From sequence record PQ850605.1: DNA of 64,000 bases. One strand, written 5' to 3'. Below, one piece after another: positions 37,987 through 47,594 of the stretch. Under the pieces are notes generated by a model. The model was not told where the DNA came from. It was given only the letters and a program-made list of their open reading frames with translations, and made no database searches. This DNA comes from Escherichia phage HansTraber_Bas100. Within the stretch, counting starts at the first letter, position 1, and the number at the start of each line of letters is the position of its first letter. Both the position numbers and the translations under genes were made by a program.

Positions 37987-38982
37987 TTATTTATTAGCAA
38001 TATAAGCAAATTTTTGATAGTTATTTGCTTTGATGAGTTTTTCAACTTCAACAAGGTCATGAGCGACATCATCAAGCAAAATGTTGCGCCAGGTAGCAAA
38101 TCGACCGACACTAAACACGTTCAAATCCATAGTCAGCTGCAGGAGTAGGGCGTGTCGCAAGTCCTTCGGAATGTCGACAATCTTGCCATATTTCTGGTCG
38201 ACCTTTTCAACTTCTTCAAGAGTAATGTCACTCCATGAGAGGCCAAAGGCTGTCAACACTTCGTCGACTTCTGCGCGCAGCTTCATGTCGCGGTAACGAG
38301 TGATGCCGCCTGCGGCTTCAACTGCAGCTGCACTTACGCTGACCAAAGGAATGGTTTCGATGATAAGTGTGTCACCAGTGATTGATGCGCGGTAAGTTCT
38401 GACGGAGTAGTCAGGGAAGTAAATTGTCTGATACAACTCACACTTACGTTTAATCTTAAAGCGGTAAACACGAATGTTTGTTTTATCAAATGAAAAATCA
38501 AGCTTTTGATCAATCCCAGCCAGCTTCATCATAACTGGAAGCGGCGACGTGTTGATGATTGGCGTCTCGCTATAGCCGCAAAGCGTGTCAACCGGAGTGT
38601 TAAAGAATATACGGTCCCCCAGTTTATCGACAAGCTGATCATAGAAGTCGTCTGGCGCAATATAACGCGTTGCAGTTTTAAGCTTCATGATTGAGCGGCT
38701 GCCAAACTGATTGGTGACCTTCATGGAATACATATTGGCAAGGTTGATTGGGCAATGGTCGTGATAGTAGTTACCGCGAAAATACACAGCCTTGTCAACT
38801 GTCACTGCCTTAAAAGGGATTCCGGTAATACGGCTTACTTCTTCGCCGCGAAAGCGTAGCAGCGCCTTGTGCTGTGGCGCTCGCTCCCCTGCTTCGTACA
38901 CAATAGAGTTCGGGAAGTGACACGCGGTAATAAGTCCTGCCAAACCGCCGCCGATAATCATTACAGGTTGTTTCATGTTCAT
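37987..38982 (-). CDS. FAD/NAD(P)-binding oxidoreductase
   Basis: N-terminal VMIIGGGLAGL Rossmann G-x-G-x-x-G dinucleotide-binding motif; 331 aa. Confidence 0.55.
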   Translation of the reverse strand: MNMKQPVMIIGGGLAGLITACHFPNSIVYEAGERAPQHKALLRFRGEEVSRITGIPFKAVTVDKAVYFRGNYYHDHCPINLANMYSMKVTNQFGSRSIMKLKTATRYIAPDDFYDQLVDKLGDRIFFNTPVDTLCGYSETPIINTSPLPVMMKLAGIDQKLDFSFDKTNIRVYRFKIKRKCELYQTIYFPDYSVRTYRASITGDTLIIETIPLVSVSAAAVEAAGGITRYRDMKLRAEVDEVLTAFGLSWSDITLEEVEKVDQKYGKIVDIPKDLRHALLLQLTMDLNVFSVGRFATWRNILLDDVAHDLVEVEKLIKANNYQKFAYIANK

Positions 38983-39061
38983 TTGTCCTTTGTGGGTGAT
39001 ATGAGAAGTATAATAGCTAAATTATTTTACAGCAACAAGTCATTTCTATTTAGTACAGACG

Positions 39062-39088
39062 AAAAAAGACCCACAACAAGTGTGGGTC
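39062..39088 (-). terminator. rho-independent terminator
   Basis: On the - strand GACCCACACTTGTTGTGGGTC hairpin followed by TTTTTT, downstream of the repeat-protein gene. Confidence 0.55.
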
Positions 39089-39116
39089 AATTACCGCTAT
39101 ATAACCGTCCTACAGG

Positions 39117-39962
39117 TTATTCCGCTTGATCACCGTCTTCAGCATCGTCGTTGGATTCAACATCGACAAACTCGATGTGGCCCATCTCTTCCAGCTTGCT
39201 CAGGTAGGAGCGAACGGAAGCGCCAAACAGTTGATCTTTAACTTTCTCGCCCAGCTCATCGATAGACTGTGCCACGCCAACTTCGCCTTCTTTGATCGCA
39301 GCCAGAACGCGTCCACGGGTGGAATGCTCTTGCGGCTGGCTCAGGCCATTACCAGTGTAGATGAAGTGAGTAGCTTTTGCACGACGCTGACCGTTTGCCT
39401 TTTTAGCAGCCTTACGTTCTGCGATGGCTTTGCGACGTTCTTCAGCTTCTTTCTTACGCTGTTCTTTCTGCTGTTCTGCAGCTTCTTTCGCCGCAATCTT
39501 AGCAGCTTCACGCTCTGCCTTGCGTTTCGCTTTAGCTTCTTCTTTGGCCTTCTCTTTTTCGGCCTTCGCTGCAGCACGGGCTTGATCACGCTCTGCTTTC
39601 TTAGCAGCAGCTTGTTCAGCTTTCAGGCGCTTGGCTTCTTCTTTAGCCTTTGCCTTTTCGATTTCTTTCGCTGCTTTAGCGGCTTCACGCTCTGCTTTCT
39701 TAGCAGCGGCCTTTTCTGCACGCTCTTTAGCTTTCTTGGCTGCTTCTTCAGCACGCTTCTGAGCCTTCTCATCAGCAGCCTGCTTGCGTTTCAGCGCAGC
39801 TTCTTCACGCTTGGCTTGTTTTTCCTGCTCACGCTTCTGGCGTTTTTCTTCGGCTTCTTTCTTTTTAGCCAGGCGTTTTTCTTCAGCCACGCGACGACGT
39901 TCTGCTGCAGCTGCTTGTTTTTCTTCTTTAGATAATACTTTGATTGCTTCGGCCATGTTCAC
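39117..39962 (-). CDS. Lys/Ala/Glu-rich repeat protein (TolA-like helical region) with ~80-aa C-terminal globular domain
   Basis: ~200 aa of KAEE/AAKK-type repeats visible at DNA level; distinct C-terminal domain. Confidence 0.5.
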   Translation of the reverse strand: MNMAEAIKVLSKEEKQAAAAERRRVAEEKRLAKKKEAEEKRQKREQEKQAKREEAALKRKQAADEKAQKRAEEAAKKAKERAEKAAAKKAEREAAKAAKEIEKAKAKEEAKRLKAEQAAAKKAERDQARAAAKAEKEKAKEEAKAKRKAEREAAKIAAKEAAEQQKEQRKKEAEERRKAIAERKAAKKANGQRRAKATHFIYTGNGLSQPQEHSTRGRVLAAIKEGEVGVAQSIDELGEKVKDQLFGASVRSYLSKLEEMGHIEFVDVESNDDAEDGDQAE

Positions 39963-40115
39963 AGTCCTTAAATAAATTAGTTTATTTTATATTCCCCGTT
40001 TGGGATAACTTAATTATGCCTTCAGTCGCCGCCAGTAGCAACTAAAAACTATGGCGGCGATGCCACTTTAATTAAACTGATTTTCAGTTTTATTTTTCGT
40101 AAATTTACGTCAACA

Positions 40116-41300
40116 TTAACGCGCTTTCAAATCACGGTACACGGTCAGATTCTTCTTAGCACGGGTGATTGCGGTGTACATCATCTTGGAGTACGGAACG
40201 CCGCGCAAGATTTCTTCCAGCACGCACACATTATCCCACTCGCTGCCTTGCGATTTGTGCACCGTGATGACATAGCCATAGTCCATCCCGCCAACAGCGC
40301 GTTGCGCTTCTTTGCGCACTTCCTGATCAGTAGAGAAGGAAAGAGGATTAATCTTAACCTTTATATCTTTACCATCAGTCAATGAACGCAAGTTGACATA
40401 CATTATTTCATTCGACTCATCTTCACCCCTTTCAAAGTCCGGCACTGGCTCATAGCCAATAACAATCCCTTGCTCGCCATTACAGAATCCTGGCCCGTGT
40501 TGGTTGAAGGTGCAAATAACCTTCTCGCCGATTCCTGGCATTGGTGTTATACGTCCGCTCACTTGCCGTAATAATGAATTCCATTTATCTTTGGTGCTAT
40601 TATAGGAGCAAATAATTTGATCATCTTCGCCCATGAATTTCTTCAATGCAGTAACGCGCGGCGATTCTGCCAATACTTTGACGTCATCGTATTCACGCGG
40701 AGGAAGGCGGTTGCCTTGGCGAACGAAGAAGGAAGCACGGATGATGTTGGACTCTTTCCCTTGCCGCATGATTTCTGTTAACAGTACGTCAACGGCTTCT
40801 TCGGTAAAGTAGGCGGCGGCTTTTACCGGAGGGACTTGTCCAATGTCGCCTAATGCCAGTACAGGGATGCGGTGATCAAGAAGGCGCTCTGTGTCCCACT
40901 CGCCAACCATTGAAGCTTCATCAAGGACGACAAGGAGCGGCTTTTCGTCAAGCTTTGACTTTCTCGAAAAGATTGGCTCATTGTCGTCATTCACGCCGCG
41001 CACGTTATAGATGAACTGGTGAAGGGTCTTAGCGCCACGACAACCTTTCTGCTTTAATCGGCTTGCAGCCTTTCCGGTCGGCGCAATATAGATAGCGCCG
41101 TACTCACCGACACAACGGCGCACAATCTCGCGAGCAATAGAGGTTTTACCAGTCCCTGCATAGCCAGCAATGAAAAACACGCGCTTCGTCGTTTTACCGT
41201 CCTGCAATCGCTTGTACCATGCAACGGCCTTCTCGATGGCATCGATTTGTTGCGCGTTAAACTGAATCACTGGCTCATCATTAAATTCTGGAATGTTCAT
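40116..41300 (-). CDS. Dda/RecD-like SF1 DNA helicase
   Basis: Walker A GYAGTGKTS, Walker B LLVVLDEASMVG; 394 aa. Confidence 0.65.
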   Translation of the reverse strand: MNIPEFNDEPVIQFNAQQIDAIEKAVAWYKRLQDGKTTKRVFFIAGYAGTGKTSIAREIVRRCVGEYGAIYIAPTGKAASRLKQKGCRGAKTLHQFIYNVRGVNDDNEPIFSRKSKLDEKPLLVVLDEASMVGEWDTERLLDHRIPVLALGDIGQVPPVKAAAYFTEEAVDVLLTEIMRQGKESNIIRASFFVRQGNRLPPREYDDVKVLAESPRVTALKKFMGEDDQIICSYNSTKDKWNSLLRQVSGRITPMPGIGEKVICTFNQHGPGFCNGEQGIVIGYEPVPDFERGEDESNEIMYVNLRSLTDGKDIKVKINPLSFSTDQEVRKEAQRAVGGMDYGYVITVHKSQGSEWDNVCVLEEILRGVPYSKMMYTAITRAKKNLTVYRDLKAR

Positions 41301-41626
41301 TATAACTCCACTACGCTTTCAAGGTCCAGATATACTGGAATAAAATGGCAATCTTCTTTTCGTTCAAACATCTCACCATCAACATGGCTGAAGAAAACAG
41401 TCGTGTTTGGTATCTTCCATCCTTTCTCGTCGCGCACTAAGTACGCCATGGATTCAACAGGGATGTACAGCGATACCGGATTTGCGGCAAAAATAAATTT
41501 GATTCTGTCTGGTTGACCCAGGAATCGCATAATTGTTAGGCTTGAGTTCAATCTTGTATTAAGGAAGGACTCAACGATGCCGACGTGTGTTGCACGTTCG
41601 CGTTGCTTCGTATCTTTTTCGTTCAT
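41300..41626 (-). CDS. hypothetical protein (first gene of the - strand operon)
   Basis: ORF track; start adjacent to the divergent promoter region. Confidence 0.4.
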   Translation of the reverse strand: MNEKDTKQRERATHVGIVESFLNTRLNSSLTIMRFLGQPDRIKFIFAANPVSLYIPVESMAYLVRDEKGWKIPNTTVFFSHVDGEMFERKEDCHFIPVYLDLESVVEL

Positions 41627-41729
41627 TTCAGGCGACCTTTGTTAGTGCGGAAATATTTTCTGATAGTATAATTGCAGATATAGTATAAAGCAAAGTAAAT
41701 CGAAATTGTGAACTAAATGGTAAATATTG

Positions 41730-41757
41730 TTGACTTTGTATCACTCAATATTATACT
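41730..41757 (+). promoter_or_regulatory. sigma70-like promoter in the divergent control region (TTGACT-16-TATACT)
   Basis: Hexamers with 16-nt spacer about 30 nt upstream of the primase-like gene. Confidence 0.45.
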
Positions 41758-41786
41758 GCAGGTATTGATCACCGAAGGAAAGAAAG

Positions 41787-42869
41787 ATGGCTAGTTTAAG
41801 AGAAGAAGCAAAAATAATCGAAGAGTTTTTAACAGAACTCCAAAGAGGCATTCCAGAAGATGAGCGCGTCATGACGGTGTTTGCGCCTGAAGCAACGGTG
41901 CAGACTGACGAGCGCGGCAAGAAGATTAACAGCAGCTTCTGGCCTAAGCCTTGGAAGTTGGGCAAGCCGCTCATGCAGCACCAAAACGGCTATGCCTGCA
42001 TCAGTTCAATGCGTAAGTCTCCCAACCCGAAGACGGGTGAGATGCGATACTGGCGTACAGAGTCAGCCTTTGGTCACGGTATGGCGATGATGGTCGACGA
42101 CATCGGTCACGGTAAAGGGTCCAAAGGCGATTTAGATTTGGAATTCTTTTTCGAGCGACTGAAGCCGACTGTCATTGTCGAGACGTCACCGAACAACCAC
42201 CAGCTGTGGTACTTCTTTAAAGAACCAATTGACCATCTTATTCAGTTCAAAGCATTCCTTGGGTCTTTCGTAAACATGGTACTCAAGAAGGGCGGCGACA
42301 ACACGATTAAAGACGTAACGCGCGTGGGCCGTGTTCCTGGGTGCATCAACAACAAGCGCGTGACTCACGACGGCCCCTATAAATATGTCGATGAGAACGG
42401 CGACCCGTTCCGCTGCCGACTTGTCCATGCAGATTACTCCTTGCGCTACACCATCGAAGACATTTGTCAGGCATTCGGCTTTCACGTTGTAATGCCGCAA
42501 AAGCGTGAGATTCAAATTGACGTCGATGAATACAAATACGATGCTGTTTGGTATAAGATAGCCCAGCAGATTCTAGCGCGCAACAAGATGGGTGAAGGGT
42601 CTGATGGCGACGTTATCGAGAATATGTCAGGTAAGTGTCGCATAATCTGTCCTTGGGGTGAAGAGCACACCAACGGCGACCCGTATGGCGCTTACTTTCG
42701 CGGCCCTATTCCTGGTGCAGAACATGAATTTGTGTTCGGTTGCGCCCACGACTGTCACCGGAAAGGGGAAGGCAAGAAAGGTTGGACCGCTTTTGTTGAA
42801 GCAATCGTCATGCCTTATATTGAGAATCAACTTGACATGATAAATCGTCGTGCAGGTGGCATAAAATAG
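41787..42869 (+). CDS. putative DNA primase (primase-polymerase-like core with C-terminal Cys/His cluster)
   Basis: MMVDDIGH and VIVETSPNNHQLWYFF resemble prim-pol Asp and H-x-W motifs; C-terminal CPWGEEH...CAHDCH; followed by a D5/VirE-like helicase. Confidence 0.45.
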   Translation: MASLREEAKIIEEFLTELQRGIPEDERVMTVFAPEATVQTDERGKKINSSFWPKPWKLGKPLMQHQNGYACISSMRKSPNPKTGEMRYWRTESAFGHGMAMMVDDIGHGKGSKGDLDLEFFFERLKPTVIVETSPNNHQLWYFFKEPIDHLIQFKAFLGSFVNMVLKKGGDNTIKDVTRVGRVPGCINNKRVTHDGPYKYVDENGDPFRCRLVHADYSLRYTIEDICQAFGFHVVMPQKREIQIDVDEYKYDAVWYKIAQQILARNKMGEGSDGDVIENMSGKCRIICPWGEEHTNGDPYGAYFRGPIPGAEHEFVFGCAHDCHRKGEGKKGWTAFVEAIVMPYIENQLDMINRRAGGIK

Positions 42870-42927
42870 TTTGCTTTTATTTTTATAGCAACTATAATCA
42901 TTTTATGAACTGAAGCAGAGGTGGTTT

Positions 42928-43074
42928 ATGCAAAGCGAAGAATTGAACATCGAGGTTGAAGGTCTGTTAAAGGCGTTAGAACCTAAACCAGTAGAGCTTC
43001 CGACCCTTCAAGGCGTCATGGCTCACCATCAAGCGGCTGCGGCCCAATACTACTCTGAATTTGTTAAGGAATAA
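42928..43074 (+). CDS. small ORF (48 aa)
   Basis: ATG with GAGGTGG RBS; below the track size cutoff. Confidence 0.25.
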   Translation: MQSEELNIEVEGLLKALEPKPVELPTLQGVMAHHQAAAAQYYSEFVKE

Positions 43075-43077
43075 AAG

Positions 43078-43368
43078 ATGAACGAACCAAAAATGATGAC
43101 CGTTGAAGAAGCACAAAAGCTTCGTGTTGAAAACGAGCTTAAGCTTGTCAACCAGATTCTCCCCTTGTTTGCAGGCTACGCAGTGGAGGAAGTTGTTGGT
43201 GCAATCCTTAACGTATCAACGCATGTCGCTATGAATCTTCAGGCCGAGCGATTCAACACACTTCTGACTATTAAAGACCTTACCGTCAGCGCAACGTTCA
43301 CTGTTGAGCCAGTCAATTTTGACGAAGCTTCAGCCGCGATTCAACAGCAAAGAGATCAAGAGGTGTAG
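43078..43368 (+). CDS. hypothetical early protein
   Basis: ORF track. Confidence 0.4.
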   Translation: MNEPKMMTVEEAQKLRVENELKLVNQILPLFAGYAVEEVVGAILNVSTHVAMNLQAERFNTLLTIKDLTVSATFTVEPVNFDEASAAIQQQRDQEV

Positions 43369-43369
43369 C

Positions 43370-43633
43370 ATGGGCGCTTTCCGTAACGAGTTCATCTGGA
43401 ACGTTACCAGCAATCTCTCGACTTGTCCTAACTGTGCGAGCGATGTTATCAAGGTGCGGCAGCATCGCAACGCGGAGGAAGGTGCCTGGGAAGATGGCGA
43501 CCTTGTAGAGTGCCAGTGCTGCTCTCATGAAGGTGTTGTGGAGCTTTACGCTGGCGAAGGTTGCCCACCAGCAGAACGCACAGCACGCGTTGAATGGGAT
43601 GCGACAGACTCCATTGGTGATCCTCAACAGTAA
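43370..43633 (+). CDS. zinc-ribbon protein
   Basis: Internal ATG at 43370; CPNC...CQCC cysteine pairs. Confidence 0.4.
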   Translation: MGAFRNEFIWNVTSNLSTCPNCASDVIKVRQHRNAEEGAWEDGDLVECQCCSHEGVVELYAGEGCPPAERTARVEWDATDSIGDPQQ

Positions 43634-43651
43634 ATTTAGGTATAGATACTT

Positions 43652-43756
43652 ATGAAAGCCGTAAAGAAATACACATTAATCATTTCCCTTGTTATCATCC
43701 TGGGGCTATTATATGTATTGGATATGGCATATTATTTGGCAGGGGTGAGCGGATGA
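43652..43756 (+). CDS. micro-protein, 34 aa, hydrophobic
   Basis: MKAVKKYTLIISLVIILGLLYVLDMAYYLAGVSG; stop overlaps the next start (ATGA). Confidence 0.2.
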   Translation: MKAVKKYTLIISLVIILGLLYVLDMAYYLAGVSG

Positions 43757-44043
43757 ATATTGTAATTCTTTATGGTGAAAATATCAGCGATGACGACATC
43801 GAAGTTGCCGTTGATGTTTACGGTATCGATGAGGTGAAACGTGTTGAAGAAATTAGTGGCGCAAATCTCAATGAGATTGTCAAAGAAGCTGGTTGCCCTT
43901 CGGAAGAGATTCTGGTGGTTACTAACGATGACCTGTCTTCTATGGATCATTTGCGCCGCATCTTCACCGATTGCCAATACCTTCATGCTGTTCAATCAGT
44001 AAACAAATTGAGAAAGGCATACGCCAACCAATTTCCTTGCTGA
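43753..44043 (+). CDS. hypothetical early protein
   Basis: ORF track. Confidence 0.4.
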   Translation: MNIVILYGENISDDDIEVAVDVYGIDEVKRVEEISGANLNEIVKEAGCPSEEILVVTNDDLSSMDHLRRIFTDCQYLHAVQSVNKLRKAYANQFPC

Positions 44044-44094
44044 TAGTTCACCAGTTATATTGCTTTAAATTGAGTTTTACTATATTAATATACA

Positions 44095-44119
44095 ACGCCA
44101 GATTTCTGGCGTTTATTTA
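44095..44119 (+). terminator. rho-independent terminator (ACGCCAGATTTCTGGCGT + TTATTTA)
   Basis: 7-bp stem hairpin followed by a T-rich run, upstream of the helicase gene. Confidence 0.5.
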
Positions 44120-44179
44120 CCGCACCCTGAAAGGATATATCCATGCAACAATATAACAAAGCCGTATCAGGAGGATTAA

Positions 44180-45850
44180 ATGTCAATTAATAACGACAAT
44201 CTTCCAGAGGATACAGGTGATGAATTTGGTGCAATCTTTGACGAAATTCAAGATGCAGGCGTTTCGGAAGAAATGCAGGCAGCAGAGCAGCAAGGCACCA
44301 GAGCTAAAATCAGCCTTCAACATAAAGCCGTTGAAAAAGATTCAGAGCGCATGGAATGCTACGGTGAAGAAGACTTGGTTGAAAGAGCACGCTTGCTCGC
44401 CTCACTTCAGGTAATCAAGTTCCCTCACTACAAGCCGACCAAAGATGACTTCGTTCTACAGGCAGACCGGACGAGTGACATGAACCGTTATGCGGTTTTC
44501 GACGCGTTGTTTGATAAGGGAAGTGGCGTTGTTCCATTCCCTCACAAAGATACCTTTCGTGGGCGCTTAGTCGACCATCGCGGCGAAACATTCACCGACC
44601 GTACTTTGGAAGTCACAGAGATAGTTGCCGCTGTCGACGCAGCAGGATTGTCCAACCCAAACTCACGTCAGGTCGCTCAATCCTATAAGGAATGGGCCAT
44701 GCGTTATCAGCGCGACGACCTGATGGACTTCTTCTACAAGAAGCTGCCTGAATGGGACGGTACTGCGCGCATCGAGAAATACCTTATCGAGCTATTCCGA
44801 CCGTTCGATACAGAGTTAAACCGACAAATCGGTGTGTATTTTTGGCTATCGCTCTACAACCGCCTGACCAACCCTGGCTGTCAAGCGCCAATCTCCATTG
44901 CGCTCATCGGCGGCCAGAACGCAGGGAAGAGTTATTTTAGCAAGCTGCTTTGCGAAGCTATTATGAACGACCGCCACGCAACACCGATTCCGTTGAACTT
45001 AGCCGCGCAGAACTTCAACCCGTTCTTGCGAGCTATTACGGGTCGCTCAATTATCGCGAACGTCGGCGAGATGACAGGCTTTAAAAAGGCCGACATCGAA
45101 AACATGAAAGCATTCCTGACTAAGACGGAAGATGACCTGGACTTCAAATTTGAAGATACGCAGGTTAAACCACGCCAGTGGATTGCTATCATGGACGGCA
45201 ACGAATACGCAGGCATGCAGCGTGATGACACGGGCAACCGTCGTGTGTATCCTATCTTTGTTGGCCAACTCGCTGACAAGGACGGGCAACCGAACTGGTC
45301 GAAAGACTTCCAAGCTGACCTTTCCACTTTGAAAGAAGATGTTTGGCAATTGATGGCTGAGTGCGCTGCTTGGATGGAGAAGCACGGCGAAGCAGGCTAC
45401 AACGCGTTTGTTGGTGAAACATCTCGCATGCTTACTGAGTTCAGTAAAAACGAAATGGAACGTGCGCGCGGCGTTATCCGTGATGAGATGGTTGACAATG
45501 ACCTTGTTGAAGTCGTCATCACCGCGCCTTATGACCGACATCACAGCGGACGCTGGCACATCACCAGTGGTGCTATTGCTATGGGATTCAGAGCGAAGTG
45601 TGGCAAGTCGCCTTTCTCTCGTACCCTTGCGCCGCACATGTCGAAGCTTGGTTTTGAGCCTGCAACCTATCGCAACCAGCGCGGTTACTTTACGCCGCTG
45701 ATTAAGAATGAAGCAGGGGAATACATTTCTGACTTGATGACCATCTTAGCGTATCTTATCCGTGATGAGTCTGACCCTGAAGATATTGAATTCTTGAAGA
45801 AGGTTATCGAGCGTAAACGTTCTTTGGGAAGAGATAAGGATGAATTCTGA
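44180..45850 (+). CDS. primase-associated helicase (D5 / VirE-like P-loop NTPase)
   Basis: 556 aa; Walker A IALIGGQNAGKSYF; downstream of the primase-like gene. Confidence 0.6.
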   Translation: MSINNDNLPEDTGDEFGAIFDEIQDAGVSEEMQAAEQQGTRAKISLQHKAVEKDSERMECYGEEDLVERARLLASLQVIKFPHYKPTKDDFVLQADRTSDMNRYAVFDALFDKGSGVVPFPHKDTFRGRLVDHRGETFTDRTLEVTEIVAAVDAAGLSNPNSRQVAQSYKEWAMRYQRDDLMDFFYKKLPEWDGTARIEKYLIELFRPFDTELNRQIGVYFWLSLYNRLTNPGCQAPISIALIGGQNAGKSYFSKLLCEAIMNDRHATPIPLNLAAQNFNPFLRAITGRSIIANVGEMTGFKKADIENMKAFLTKTEDDLDFKFEDTQVKPRQWIAIMDGNEYAGMQRDDTGNRRVYPIFVGQLADKDGQPNWSKDFQADLSTLKEDVWQLMAECAAWMEKHGEAGYNAFVGETSRMLTEFSKNEMERARGVIRDEMVDNDLVEVVITAPYDRHHSGRWHITSGAIAMGFRAKCGKSPFSRTLAPHMSKLGFEPATYRNQRGYFTPLIKNEAGEYISDLMTILAYLIRDESDPEDIEFLKKVIERKRSLGRDKDEF

Positions 45851-46497
45851 TGAATAAAGCAATCAACATCGCTAAATTCTTTCAACATCTTGGTGAACTG
45901 AACAAAGAAAGTGACGTTCACGGCGAAGAAATGAACCGGATGATCTCAACCGTGTTGCGTGGCTTTGGTTATGATAAGGACTCAATCACTTGCAAGCGTA
46001 CAAAGCTTGTTGATGAGTCTTATCTTTACTACGTAGAGCTGCGCATCGGGAAAGATGTGATGATCATTGACCCTAAACTGGAAGGGGCGCACTGTTTTGG
46101 CGCTCACCCTCGTGCGAGTGAATTCAAGGGTCGCGGTCGCAACCGAATCCAGAAGCTTGATGACGCAGGCGACTTGAACATTGCAATGTTCCTCAAAGAG
46201 TTCCTTGCTCTTCCAAAGGTTGCATCATCCACGGGTCGCGATGACCCTTGCAAGATTGGCTTCAGAACTAAAGATTTGCGCAATGCGCTACGCAAGAAGG
46301 GATTTGTGCCTTCTTATGACAACGTCGCCGCGCTGATGGCTTCAATGGAGGAAGCTGAAGCGATGGACAAGGTGCGCGGCTATTTCCTGAATACAGGCTT
46401 CACCATGTATGAATGGCACACGAAGGGATTGACTGTCGCCGACTTCATCTATTCATTAGAGCAGAAGTATGTACGCAATATGCAGGCCACAGGATAA
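45850..46497 (+). CDS. hypothetical early protein
   Basis: ORF track; start overlaps the helicase stop. Confidence 0.4.
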   Translation: MNKAINIAKFFQHLGELNKESDVHGEEMNRMISTVLRGFGYDKDSITCKRTKLVDESYLYYVELRIGKDVMIIDPKLEGAHCFGAHPRASEFKGRGRNRIQKLDDAGDLNIAMFLKEFLALPKVASSTGRDDPCKIGFRTKDLRNALRKKGFVPSYDNVAALMASMEEAEAMDKVRGYFLNTGFTMYEWHTKGLTVADFIYSLEQKYVRNMQATG

Positions 46498-46536
46498 TTA
46501 TCATCAAAATATTTGCTTTTCTGACGAGGTGATATT

Positions 46537-46761
46537 ATGATTAATTTAGACAGGATTGAGTTAGCACTTAGTACCTTAATCAAATATTACCAGTTTGCGT
46601 TTAAGGCTAGTTTGTTTGGCTTGTTCAATCCTCATCAAGCAGCAAAGGCGAGAAGCAATGCCAACCGCCTGCGCTGTACTGGTATAGTTATCCATGACCG
46701 GATATTGACAGAGGGTAGATTCAGCCATGAATACACAGGGGAGAATAACAAATCAACGTAG
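46537..46761 (+). CDS. hypothetical early protein
   Basis: ORF track. Confidence 0.3.
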   Translation: MINLDRIELALSTLIKYYQFAFKASLFGLFNPHQAAKARSNANRLRCTGIVIHDRILTEGRFSHEYTGENNKST

Positions 46762-46936
46762 GGCTTTACAAGTCCTCATCCACTACCTGTCACGCCTTTA
46801 TCCAACGGCGCACGAGCAGAATCCAGCAACTGGTCATCTGTTTAAGCGCCGTAACCTTTCGCTAAAAACATTCACTTTAATCCAATATGACCGCTACCTG
46901 GACGGGCGCTACTGCGGCCCGAAGGATTCTCTATGA
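46727..46936 (+). CDS. hypothetical early protein
   Basis: ORF track. Confidence 0.3.
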   Translation: MNTQGRITNQRRALQVLIHYLSRLYPTAHEQNPATGHLFKRRNLSLKTFTLIQYDRYLDGRYCGPKDSL

Positions 46937-47211
46937 TTAATACATACAAAGTATTCTTTGTCAAGTGCACATCATCTATTGATGACCAATTTACTGCTGG
47001 CAAGAATTATCCCGTGATTTCTGAGTCAAGGCTAGATATAATCTTGAATGATCATGAAATCTATGAGCCGATGCCAGCGACTGCGTTTGATGTTATCGGT
47101 CACGTTCGGATTAAGACTAATGTTGAGACGATGCATGACCCGTTGTTCAAGAAACAAATCAAGAATGCCATGCAAGACTTTTGCGCGGCCATGTTTAAAT
47201 ATTATAAGTGA
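46933..47211 (+). CDS. hypothetical early protein
   Basis: ORF track. Confidence 0.35.
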   Translation: MINTYKVFFVKCTSSIDDQFTAGKNYPVISESRLDIILNDHEIYEPMPATAFDVIGHVRIKTNVETMHDPLFKKQIKNAMQDFCAAMFKYYK

Positions 47212-47218
47212 GTTGAAG

Positions 47219-47440
47219 ATGAGCAAGAAAACCCTTAAGGCTGGCGACCGTATCCGTTGGGTGTCAGGACAGCACATGCGTGCGGGCACCATCCTTGAGC
47301 TGGATGAATACCTTACCGATTCTCGCGGTCGCAATCATTACCGTGTAAGAATCGATACAGTAAAAGAAGATGACAAGTCAATGGTTGGTGAAGTGGTCAT
47401 CGTTACTCCACGTCAAATTAAGGCGGCTTGTGAAGCATGA
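47219..47440 (+). CDS. hypothetical early protein (73 aa)
   Basis: Internal ATG of track ORF 47048..47440; the upstream part overlaps the preceding gene. Confidence 0.35.
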   Translation: MSKKTLKAGDRIRWVSGQHMRAGTILELDEYLTDSRGRNHYRVRIDTVKEDDKSMVGEVVIVTPRQIKAACEA

Positions 47441-47592
47441 ATAAATATCAATTTAGCGATAATAAAATCAGTAAGGCAGATGCAATCAAGCAGCTTCGCC
47501 GCGTACTTGAAGCCAGCGGCCATACGAAAGAGCGCGCACGCGTCCTGGCCAAAGAACATTATAAACGTTTTGTGTCACAAATCAGAGGTTAA
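47437..47592 (+). CDS. small ORF (51 aa)
   Basis: ATGA overlap with the upstream stop; ends 2 nt before the next start. Confidence 0.3.
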   Translation: MNKYQFSDNKISKADAIKQLRRVLEASGHTKERARVLAKEHYKRFVSQIRG

Positions 47593-47594
47593 TT

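Noticed and set aside
39126-39935. 269-aa + strand ORF, Phe/Leu/Ser-rich
   Set aside because: Antisense to the Lys/Ala/Glu repeat protein gene; an artefact of the low-complexity repeat.
45047-45637. 196-aa - strand ORF inside the D5/VirE-like helicase gene
   Set aside because: Antisense overlap with a gene carrying a clear Walker A motif.
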